Shown here: piece after piece, positions 49,946 through 58,817 of the stretch | How positions within the stretch are numbered: position 1 is the first letter of the stretch | Layout of the letters: every line of letters begins with the position of its first letter | Assembly: GCA_963707345.1 (NCBI GenBank) | Contig: CAVPPE010000001.1 | Span: 599,025-663,024, forward strand | Reading direction: 5' to 3' | Source of the DNA: an uncultured Chloroflexia bacterium | GTDB taxonomy: Bacteria > Chloroflexota > Anaerolineae > Promineifilales > UBA4811 | Length of the DNA: 64,000 bases | Notes under the pieces: generated by a model | What the model was told of the DNA's origin: nothing | Databases searched by the model: none | Seen by the model: the letters and a program-made list of their open reading frames with translations, nothing else | Translations under genes and position numbers: made by a program

Positions 49946-52900
49946 GTGGATACGGCGATTCTGAGCAAGGTAATGTTGCCCCGGCCGCGGCGCTATTTGC
50001 TGGAGCGGCCGGCGCTGGCAGCGCAGTTGCTGGAGGCGCAGCACTACCGGCTGACCGTGGTGCAGGCCAGCACGGGGTATGGCAAGAGCACGGCGCTGGT
50101 CTCTGCATTGCAGCGGGCTCCCCTCGAGTTGTTCTGGTACAGTATCACCGAGCAGGATCGCGACCCGTTGGTCTTCTTGCTCTATTTGGTTCACGCTTTT
50201 CGCGTCAAGCATCCCAAATTTGGCTCAGGGGTCCTGCGTCAGATCCAGGATCCGGCTGCCGGTCAGCGCTCTCACCAGGCTATTGTGGAAACACTATCCA
50301 ATGAACTGGTGCGGCAGTTGGATCCCAACCGTCCGGCCATCCTGGTGCTGGACGATTATCACCTGGTCAATGCGTCAGTCGAGGTGGGGGCGCTGGTGGA
50401 CCATTTCCTGCAAGTATTGCCACCCAATACGCACCTGGTGCTGGCAACGCGCCAGCGGCCGGCGTTGCAGGGCATGCAGCAGTGGAAAGTCAAGGGAGAA
50501 CTGCTGGAGGTTAGCCAGCACGACCTGGCCTTTAGCCCCAGCGAGGTGGAGGCGCTGTTCCATCGCCAGTATGGTGTGACGCTGAGCGACCGGCAGGTGG
50601 CGCGGCTGGCGCAGGAAACTGAGGGCTGGGTCATTGCGTTGCAGATGATCTGGCAGGGTTTGCAGAGCGGCGTGGCCAGCAGCGTGGATCAAATCCTGGA
50701 CGAGATGGCCTGGTCTCTGAGTGATCTGTTTTCCTATCTGGCGCAGGAGGTGTTGGCGCGCCAGTCGCTGCAAGTCCAGGAATTCCTGTTGTATACCTCC
50801 GTGCTGCGTCAGTTGGATGGCCCGGTGTGCGATTTCCTGTTGGAGCAACAGGGGAGTGACGAGGTGCTGCGCCGTTTCGACGAGGAGGGCTTTTTTCTGG
50901 TGCGGGTAGGTGATGCCTACCGCTACCACCATCTGTTCCACGATTTTCTGCGCCAGCAGATGGCCCGGGATTCGGAGCGCACTCAGGTTTTGCACCGCCG
51001 GGCGGCCGGCTATTTCGGGCAGCAAAATGATGTAGAGGGGGCGGTGTACCATTGGCTGGCGGCCGCAACCAGCCATTTCCCGAGCGAGGTCGAGTACGAG
51101 GCGGCCGTCGAGCTGATGGTCCAGGTGAGCGAGGTGCTGGTGCAGCGCGGCCGGTTGGATACCATGAGCGAGTGGGTTACCGCGTTGCCGCTGCCGGTGC
51201 TCGGCCGGCAGCCCGTCCTGATGTACCGCATGGGGGAACTCTGCCGCTTTGCCAGCCGCTTTGACGAGGCGCTGGCCTGGTACGAACAGGCAAGAGAGCG
51301 TTACCTTGCCCTGCGCGACGTGGCCGGGGCAAGCCGGGCGCTGCGCGGGCAGGCGGCCGTTTACCTGGACACGGTCCGGCCGCTCAAAGCGGAAAGCCTA
51401 TTGCAAGAGGCGGTGATGCTGGTGGACGGCCAACCGGACCGCGAAGAGCAGGCCCGTCTGCTGGAGTTGATGGCCGAGAATATGACCAATCGCGGCAAGT
51501 GGGACAAGGCGGAGGAGCTCCTGCGACAGGCACGCGAGTTGCGCATCGAAGGGCCCAGCAAGGCTGATCTGGATGTGCGGGTGCTGTTGCGCACCGGCCG
51601 GCTGGACGAGGCCCGCGCTTTGTTAGAGGAGAGGGCCGCAGCCGAGCGGCGCGCCCAGCAGCCGGACAGTTTTCGTGCGCCGCGTGCCCACCGTGAGACG
51701 TTGTTGTTGCTCTCACTTCTCTATTCCTGGATGGGGCAGGCGGAGCAGGCGCTGGTCACCGCGCAGGAGGGAATTGCCGTCGGCCGGCGGCTGGGTTCGC
51801 CGTTTGTCGAAGCGGTGGGCTTTATGCGGCTGGGGCACGCCTGGCAAGTGACTGAGCGAGTGGAGCCGGCCGAGGCGTCAAGGCGGGCATTGGCTTGCTA
51901 TGAGCGGGCAATGGAGATCGGCGAGCGACTGGCGGTGCGGCGCACCAAGGCAGAAGCGCTGTGGGGCTTGTGCCGACTGCACGGCTACCGCGGGGAGCTG
52001 GCCGCGGCCGAGCGCAGCGCGCGCGAGGGAATTGAAACCGGACTGGGCGCGGGCGACGAGTGGATCGTCGCGCTCACCGGGGTGACGCTTGGAATCAGCT
52101 ATGTGATTGCCGGCCGGGACCCGGACGCGGATTATTGGCTCGATCTGTCTGCGATGGCATTCCAGGAATGTGGCGACCCGTTTGGCCAGGCGGTGGCGCG
52201 TCTCTGGCAATCTTACTCCTACCTGCGCCGCGAGTTGACGGGCCTGGGCTCCGCGTTGCAGGGGCTCTTTGCGTTGCTGAAGGAGCACAATTACCAGTTT
52301 CTCCTCAGCCAGCGGACCTTTCTGGGCCTGCCAGACCCGGCCGCCCAGGTGCCGCTGCTGATCCGGGCCCGGCAGAGTGGCATCTGGCCGGCTTTTGCGG
52401 GCCGGATGCTGGAGCAGACGGGTCTTCCGGCCGAGCTTTCGTTTCACCCCGGCTACACATTGCGGGTCCACGCGCTGGGCCGCTTTGCCGTCGGCCGGGG
52501 CGACGACCCGATCTCTGACGGTGAGTGGCGGCGCGAAAAGGCGCGTCAGTTGTTCCAGTTGCTTCTGCTCAGCCGGCACGAATCGTTCGTGCCACGGGAG
52601 CGGATTGCGGCCCAGCTCTGGCCGGAGGCGGATGAGGAGGCGGCCGAACGGCAGTTCAAGGTATCGCTCAACGCGCTGCAGCGAGCTTTGGAACCCGGCC
52701 GGCCGCCGCGCACGGCGACGCTGTTTGTCCAACGGCGGGGGAGCGCCTATGGCCTCAATCCGGACGCGCCGCTCTGGTTTGACGTGGACGTTTTTGAGCG
52801 GCTGGTTGCCCAGGCGGAGCAGGAGGCGGATGACGACACGGCTCTGGAAGCGTACCGGCAGGCATTGGCGCTGTACCACGGCGATCTGCTGCCCGATCAC

Positions 52901-53221
52901 CTGTACGAGGACTGGTGCCGGGAGGATCAGGAGCGGCTGCGACGCGTCTTTCTGAACGCCTCCACCCGGGCGGCCGAGATCCTGGCAGCTAGAGGCGGGC
53001 CGGAAGCGGCCGCCGAGGCAGTGGCGCTGTGTGAAAGGATGCTGGCGGCCGACAACTGTTGGGAAGCCGCCTACCAGTTGCTGATGCGAATCTACCTGGG
53101 GCAGGAAAACCGGGTCAAGGCACTGCGCACCTACGAGCGGTGCGTGAGCTGTCTGCGCGAAGAGTTGGACGTTGAGCCTGCGCCAGAAACCGTTGCCCTG
53201 TATCGGCAGATGCAGCAATGA
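49946..53221 (+). CDS. Large STAND/MalT-like P-loop ATPase with TPR-like repeats and a C-terminal SARP module (OmpR-type wHTH + BTAD)
   Basis: Walker A (VVQASTGYGKSTALV), a long helical-repeat middle region, and a C-terminal LRVHALGRFAV…REKARQLFQLLLL…ERIAAQLWPE… wHTH followed by a BTAD (…ALEAYRQALALYHGDLLPD…YQLLMRIYLGQENRVKALRTYERC…LDVEPAPET). The start is GTG 49946 or ATG 49973. Confidence 0.8.
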   Translation: MDTAILSKVMLPRPRRYLLERPALAAQLLEAQHYRLTVVQASTGYGKSTALVSALQRAPLELFWYSITEQDRDPLVFLLYLVHAFRVKHPKFGSGVLRQIQDPAAGQRSHQAIVETLSNELVRQLDPNRPAILVLDDYHLVNASVEVGALVDHFLQVLPPNTHLVLATRQRPALQGMQQWKVKGELLEVSQHDLAFSPSEVEALFHRQYGVTLSDRQVARLAQETEGWVIALQMIWQGLQSGVASSVDQILDEMAWSLSDLFSYLAQEVLARQSLQVQEFLLYTSVLRQLDGPVCDFLLEQQGSDEVLRRFDEEGFFLVRVGDAYRYHHLFHDFLRQQMARDSERTQVLHRRAAGYFGQQNDVEGAVYHWLAAATSHFPSEVEYEAAVELMVQVSEVLVQRGRLDTMSEWVTALPLPVLGRQPVLMYRMGELCRFASRFDEALAWYEQARERYLALRDVAGASRALRGQAAVYLDTVRPLKAESLLQEAVMLVDGQPDREEQARLLELMAENMTNRGKWDKAEELLRQARELRIEGPSKADLDVRVLLRTGRLDEARALLEERAAAERRAQQPDSFRAPRAHRETLLLLSLLYSWMGQAEQALVTAQEGIAVGRRLGSPFVEAVGFMRLGHAWQVTERVEPAEASRRALACYERAMEIGERLAVRRTKAEALWGLCRLHGYRGELAAAERSAREGIETGLGAGDEWIVALTGVTLGISYVIAGRDPDADYWLDLSAMAFQECGDPFGQAVARLWQSYSYLRRELTGLGSALQGLFALLKEHNYQFLLSQRTFLGLPDPAAQVPLLIRARQSGIWPAFAGRMLEQTGLPAELSFHPGYTLRVHALGRFAVGRGDDPISDGEWRREKARQLFQLLLLSRHESFVPRERIAAQLWPEADEEAAERQFKVSLNALQRALEPGRPPRTATLFVQRRGSAYGLNPDAPLWFDVDVFERLVAQAEQEADDDTALEAYRQALALYHGDLLPDHLYEDWCREDQERLRRVFLNASTRAAEILAARGGPEAAAEAVALCERMLAADNCWEAAYQLLMRIYLGQENRVKALRTYERCVSCLREELDVEPAPETVALYRQMQQ

Positions 53222-53227
53222 CCTCGC

Positions 53228-53260
53228 CTGTAACTTCCCTGTAACTTGGCTGAAACTCGA
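53228..53260 (+). promoter_or_regulatory. Three direct repeats with 11-bp periodicity (CTGTAACTTCC / CTGTAACTTGG / CTGAAACTCGA), a candidate SARP binding site
   Basis: Repeat 1 is 53228-53238, repeat 2 is 53239-53249 and repeat 3 is 53250-53260. The first 9 nt are identical in repeats 1 and 2 and match 7/9 in repeat 3. The -10 box begins 6 nt after repeat 3. Confidence 0.6.
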
Positions 53261-53263
53261 GTT

Positions 53264-53272
53264 TGATACAAT
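53264..53272 (+). promoter_or_regulatory. Extended -10 box (TGATACAAT) of the phasin/phaC promoter; no -35 hexamer
   Basis: A TGnTAnAAT match. The -35 position is occupied by repeat 3. Confidence 0.5.
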
Positions 53273-53278
53273 GACCAT

Positions 53279-53318
53279 GCAGCGGCTGGCCCCGCGCTGG
53301 CCACTGCGTTGTATTTTT
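53279..53318 (+). terminator. GC-rich imperfect hairpin plus T-tract: terminator of the regulator gene and/or a leader attenuator of the phasin mRNA
   Basis: GCAGCGGCTGG-(7 nt)-CTGGCCACTGC followed by GTTGTATTTTTAT. It lies downstream of the candidate promoter and upstream of the AGGAGG RBS. Confidence 0.45.
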
Positions 53319-53363
53319 ATCTGCTGAGCAATTCGGCTCAACAAGTTTAGGAGGACCAAGACA

Positions 53364-53636
53364 ATGATGCCCGATGATTTCTTCAAAAAGAACCTGGATA
53401 TGTGGGAAAAGTTTACCACCAGCTATATGGACAACATGTTCAAAGTGGTGGAAAAGACGATGGAGCAATCCCAGGCGTTCAAGGATCGAATGGACAAGGC
53501 GGTAGCTGATGCTGTCTCCAACCAGGTTGAGGGGACGATGGATGCGACCATGTCGTCCATGCAGGCGCTGCAACGTCAGATAGAGGCGTTGTCGGCCAAA
53601 GTGGACCAATTGATGAAGCAAAAAGAAACCAAGTAG
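53364..53636 (+). CDS. Phasin-like / PHA-granule-associated small coiled-coil protein
   Basis: 90 aa, Met/Lys/Glu-rich and helical (…NLDMWEKFTTSYMDNMFKVVEKTMEQSQAF…). AGGAGG RBS. Lies immediately upstream of phaC. Confidence 0.6.
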   Translation: MMPDDFFKKNLDMWEKFTTSYMDNMFKVVEKTMEQSQAFKDRMDKAVADAVSNQVEGTMDATMSSMQALQRQIEALSAKVDQLMKQKETK

Positions 53637-53685
53637 ACACTAACTGATCAACAACCCCGGCCGGCGCGCGCCTGGCCAACGAAAG

Positions 53686-55365
53686 GTGCATCGACCAGTG
53701 ACCGATTCAACCGCTACATTCTCTTGGGAACACATGTTCAGGCTGGCTACCGGTACGGCAGCCAGCCTGTGGCGCTTGCAGCAGGCCAATCTGACGGCCG
53801 CCACCCGCAGTGTGGAGCTAATGGCGGATACCTACGCCCGGCTGTGGGGCCTACCGGCCGGGGAGGAGGTGCTGCCGGCCGATAGGCGATTTGCGGACGC
53901 GGCCTGGCAGGAGAACGTGGCCTTTGACGTTCTCAAGCAGACCTATCTCATCACCACTCAATGGATGGTAGAGGTGGCTGATGGGTTGGAAGAGGTGCAT
54001 CCCGCGGTTCATCAGCGGGCGGTGTTTTGGGCCAGGCAGGCGGCCGATGCGCTCAGCCCGACCAATATTGCGCTGACCAACCCGGTTGTGCTGCAGGAGA
54101 TCGTCCGCACCGGCGGTATGAACCTGGTCCACGGAATGCAGAATCTGCTCTCCGACCTGGAAAAGGGGCGCATCAGCCAGGTGCAGGAGGGAGCTTTCGA
54201 GGTCGGCAAGAATCTGGCGATGACGCCGGGCAAGGTGGTTTTCCGCAGCCCGTTGATCGAGCTGATTCAGTACACGCCGGCAACCAAAAAGGTTCGCGCC
54301 GTCCCAATCCTGGTGGTCCCCCCATGGATCAACAAGTATTACGTGATGGATATGCGGCCGGAAAACTCGCTGTTCAAATATCTGGTGGACGCCGGTTTCA
54401 CTGTCTTTGCCATCAGCTGGAAGAATCCGGACGAATCGATCCTCGATCTGGAGTGGGCAGACTATATGCTGCGCGGTCCGGTGACGGCCATGCAGGTAGT
54501 CAAATCCATCACCGGCTCCGAGCAGGTGAACATGGTGGGCTACTGTTTGGGTGGGATCATGGTCCAGTTCACGCTGGCCTATCTGGCTGCGGCCGGCGAA
54601 GAAGCGCTGGCCGAATTCGACCTGCCGGCGGTCAGCGCGGCGACCTGCTTTACCACCCACCAGGATTTTTCCAATGTGGGCGATATTGCAGCGTTCCTCA
54701 GCGAGCCGGAGGTCAAGTTTCTGGAGTGGCTGATGAAGGTCAGCGGCGGGTACCTGGACGGCCGGAACATGGCGTCCACGTTTAACATGCTGCGCTCCAA
54801 TGACCTGCTATGGCATTACGTGATTGAGAACTATTTGATGGGGCGAGAGCCGCCGGCCTTTGACCTGCTGTACTGGAATGGCGACGGGACGCGGGTCCCC
54901 GGCCGGGTGCATTCGTTCTTGCTGCGCGAGTTCTTTTTGAAGAACAAACTGAAGGAGCCCGGCGGCATCCAGGTGAATGGGGTTGGGATTGACGTGGGCA
55001 AGGTCAACGTGCCAACCTACTGTGTGGCGGCCAGCGGCGACCATATCGTTCCTTGGCAGGGTGCCTTTACCATGCGCCAGTTGCAGGGCGGGCCGGTCCG
55101 CTTTATTCTGACCGGTGGTGGGCACATTGCCGGCATCATCAACCCGCCGGGCAAGAAGGGGCGCAGCTATTGGACGAACGACGACAAAACGACCGATGCG
55201 GAAGCCTGGTTGGCAGGGGCAACCAGCCACGAAGGTAGCTGGTGGTCGGATTGGGTTCCGTGGTTGAAAAAGCGGTCTGGTAACCTGATAGCACCACCGC
55301 CGGCCGGCAATGATGCGTACCCGTCTTTGCTGGACGCACCGGGGAGTTACGTGCTGGAAAAGTGA
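53686..55365 (+). CDS. phaC: Poly(3-hydroxyalkanoate) synthase, class I-type PhaC
   Basis: 559 aa with …PILVVPPWINKYYVMDMRPENS…, the lipase box GYCLGG and a conserved C-terminal His/Asp region. Confidence 0.9.
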   Translation: MHRPVTDSTATFSWEHMFRLATGTAASLWRLQQANLTAATRSVELMADTYARLWGLPAGEEVLPADRRFADAAWQENVAFDVLKQTYLITTQWMVEVADGLEEVHPAVHQRAVFWARQAADALSPTNIALTNPVVLQEIVRTGGMNLVHGMQNLLSDLEKGRISQVQEGAFEVGKNLAMTPGKVVFRSPLIELIQYTPATKKVRAVPILVVPPWINKYYVMDMRPENSLFKYLVDAGFTVFAISWKNPDESILDLEWADYMLRGPVTAMQVVKSITGSEQVNMVGYCLGGIMVQFTLAYLAAAGEEALAEFDLPAVSAATCFTTHQDFSNVGDIAAFLSEPEVKFLEWLMKVSGGYLDGRNMASTFNMLRSNDLLWHYVIENYLMGREPPAFDLLYWNGDGTRVPGRVHSFLLREFFLKNKLKEPGGIQVNGVGIDVGKVNVPTYCVAASGDHIVPWQGAFTMRQLQGGPVRFILTGGGHIAGIINPPGKKGRSYWTNDDKTTDAEAWLAGATSHEGSWWSDWVPWLKKRSGNLIAPPPAGNDAYPSLLDAPGSYVLEK

Positions 55366-55387
55366 GCTAGTGGACTAGGAGAAACCA

Positions 55388-55732
55388 ATGAGCCAAGAGC
55401 AATCTGGCAAGCCAGAGGGCGACCCATTTGAGCCGGTTATTCAATTCTATGACAGTTGGACCAAGTCGTGGTCCAACGCGATGAGCGAGATGGTGGCCAG
55501 CAAGAGCTTTGCCGATTCCATGAGCCAACAGATGGAAGGCAGCATGGAGGCGCTGGCGATGGTTCGGAAGCAGGTGAGTGACCTGATGGAGCAATACCTG
55601 CAACAGATGAGCTTGCCCACTCGCAAGGAGGTTATTGGATTGGCGGAACGGATGACCCGCATTGAGATGCTGGTAGATGATCTGGACGCCAAGCTGGACA
55701 AAATCCTGGACCTGCTGCAAGCACAAGGGTGA
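55388..55732 (+). CDS. PhaR/PhaE-like small partner subunit of class III/IV PHA synthase
   Basis: 114 aa. The N-terminal half is paralogous to the 90-aa protein (DSWTKSWSNAMSEMV…). The C-terminal part (LPTRKEVIGLAERMTRIEMLVDDLDAKLDKI) resembles the PhaR/PhaE C-terminus. The stop overlaps the next start (GTGA). Confidence 0.55.
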   Translation: MSQEQSGKPEGDPFEPVIQFYDSWTKSWSNAMSEMVASKSFADSMSQQMEGSMEALAMVRKQVSDLMEQYLQQMSLPTRKEVIGLAERMTRIEMLVDDLDAKLDKILDLLQAQG

Positions 55733-56887
55733 TTTCACCCATCATGGATGACCTCTATACCCCGCCCTGGGGTGACCTGTTCTTTTCAATCGAGGGCGCT
55801 GCCCAGGATTCAAGCGCGGCCGCTCAGCGCGCCTATAGCCGTTACGTCCAGGGAGTCAAAGCCATTGTCGATTCACACGATGTGCCGGTCGGGCTGACTC
55901 CCAAGGACGAGGTCTGGGCATTGAACAAGACCCGCTTGTACCGCTACCGGCCCGTGCGGCCGCCGGAGGAGCGCTACCCCATTCCCTTGCTGCTGGTCTA
56001 TGCGCTCATCAATCGGCCGTTTATCTACGACTTGGGTCCCGGGCCGGAGCTTTGTGGAGTATATGCTGGAGCAGGGGTTCGACGTCTACCTGCTGGACTG
56101 GGGGACGCCGGCACCGGAAGACCGGAACACCACTTTCGACGACTATGTCACCGAGTACCTGCGCCGCGCTGTGCGCCGCGTGCTTCGCACTTCTGGCGCA
56201 GACCAGGTGAGCATGCTGGGGTATTGCATTGGGGCGACGCTGACGGTGTTGTATGCCGCCTATTACCCCGATGCGCCGGTTCGCAACATCATCCTGCTGA
56301 CCGCGCCGATTGACTTTTCGCACCGGCCGGAAGGCTCGATGGCGATGTGGCTGGAAGAAGGGCGGCTGGACGTGGACAAGCTGATAGACTCCTTTGGCAA
56401 CGTCCCCGGCGAGCTGATCCGGCATTGGGCTAAAATGCTCAAGCCGATGGAAAACTTTGTCGGCGCCTACGTCAACTTGTGGAAGCAACTGGAGGACGAG
56501 ACGGCCGTGCGCGGCTGGCAGGCCATCAACCGCTGGGTTGAGGACGTCATCCCCTTTGCCGGCGAGGCGTTCCGCCAATTTGTGCACGACTATGTTCGCA
56601 ACAATGAACTGATCAGGGGGGAGCATTTTATTCACGGGCGGCGCGTAGATTTGTCCAACATCCGTGCCGCGTTACTCAACCTGGTGGCGCAATACGACCA
56701 CCTCGTTTCTCAAGCCCAATCTGAGAGCGTCATGGACCTCATCTCCAGCACCGACAAGGAATTGCGGGTCATTCCATCCACCCACGTAGGGATTATGGCC
56801 AGCAGCCGAGCCAAGTACAAACTTTGGCCGGAGGTGGCCGAGTGGTTGTCAGAGCGCTCCAGCAAGGTCGTTGCCCGGCCGGAATAA
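55729..56887 (+). CDS. phaC: Poly(3-hydroxyalkanoate) synthase, class III/IV-type PhaC, with an apparent +1 frameshift at the GGG run 56033-56035
   Basis: ORFs 55729..56313 and 56000..56887 join as …LVYALINRPFIYDL|VPGRSFVEYMLEQGFDVYLLDWG…. Lipase box GYCIGA. Span length is 3n+1. Confidence 0.85.
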
Positions 56888-56903
56888 ACCCAAGGAGCCA
56901 TTG

Positions 56904-57932
56904 ATGGCAAATCCTTCAACCGTATCGGCGGGCATTGTGAGTACCGGGATGTATTTGCCGGAACCGGTGCTGACGGCGGCCGATATTGCCCGCGAAAGCG
57001 GCCTGCCCGAATGGGTGGTGCGCGAAAAGTTGGGCATCGAGCAGAAACACATGGCTGGCCCGGATGACCATCCTAACCAGATGGCTGTTTGGGCGGCGCA
57101 GGACTGCCTGTCCAAGACCGATATCTCCCCGGAGGAGATCGACGTGATCCTTTGCACCACCGAAGAGTGGCGCGAATACTTGTTGTGGACCACCGCCATC
57201 CACCTGGCCAACGAAATTGGTGCCACGCGTGCCTGGGGAATTGACATCCACATGCGGTGCTGCACCACGGTTGCCGCGCTCAAGATGGCCAAGGACATGA
57301 TGATTGCCGATCCGGAGATCAACACGGTGTTGATTGCCGGTGGCTACCGGATTGGCGACGTGATTGACCTCAGCAATCAGCGCACAAGCTTTCTCTTCAA
57401 CATTGGCGCGGGAGCAGGGGCGCTGTTGCTGCGCAAGAATTGGCCGCGCAACCACGTCCTGGGGGCCCACTTGATCACCGATGGCTCGATGAGCAAGCAC
57501 GTGGTGGTGCCGGCCAGCGGTACGGTTCAGTTCCCGACCGATGAGGCCGTGGCGCAAGGTCTGTTCAAGTTTGACCTGGTGGAGCCGGAGGCGATGAAGT
57601 CGCGCCTCAACGAGGTATCGATGGACAACTGGATGGCCTGCATCGATCTGGCTCTGCAAAAAAGCGGCTACACGCGAGCTGATCTGGGCTTTCTCAACAT
57701 GGTGCTCATCAAGCCGTCTGGCTACCGGGATATGCTGCAGCGATTGGGCCTGACTGAAGAGCAGGGGGTGTACAACGCCAGCTATGGTCACATCGGGGAA
57801 CAGGACAGCATCATCAACCTTATCGAAGGTGAAAAGCAGGGGCGGCTGAAAGACGGCGATCTGATGGCAATTGTGGGGGCCGGGATTGGATATGTTTGGG
57901 GGGCGACGGTGGTCAAGTGGGGGCCATGCTGA
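56904..57932 (+). CDS. KAS-III (FabH)-like thiolase-superfamily condensing enzyme, atypical
   Basis: Starts at MANPSTV with an AAGGAG RBS. FabH-like N-terminal half with an active-site Cys context (DIHMRCCTTVAALK). I cannot see the canonical HQAN and GNT motifs in the C-terminal half. Confidence 0.7.
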   Translation: MANPSTVSAGIVSTGMYLPEPVLTAADIARESGLPEWVVREKLGIEQKHMAGPDDHPNQMAVWAAQDCLSKTDISPEEIDVILCTTEEWREYLLWTTAIHLANEIGATRAWGIDIHMRCCTTVAALKMAKDMMIADPEINTVLIAGGYRIGDVIDLSNQRTSFLFNIGAGAGALLLRKNWPRNHVLGAHLITDGSMSKHVVVPASGTVQFPTDEAVAQGLFKFDLVEPEAMKSRLNEVSMDNWMACIDLALQKSGYTRADLGFLNMVLIKPSGYRDMLQRLGLTEEQGVYNASYGHIGEQDSIINLIEGEKQGRLKDGDLMAIVGAGIGYVWGATVVKWGPC

Positions 57933-57968
57933 GCGAACGGAAGACGAATGACAATGGACCAATGGTGA

Positions 57969-58791
<823 letters not shown>

Positions 58792-58817
58792 TTGCGGGTC
58801 GGTGTAGGAGGAGATGG

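Noticed and set aside
53279-53318. Treating the hairpin plus T-tract as proof that the 11-bp repeats cannot be a promoter.
   Set aside because: The hairpin is imperfect and could equally be a leader attenuator. No better -10/-35 pair exists between it and the phasin RBS, so I keep the SARP-promoter hypothesis and flag the conflict.
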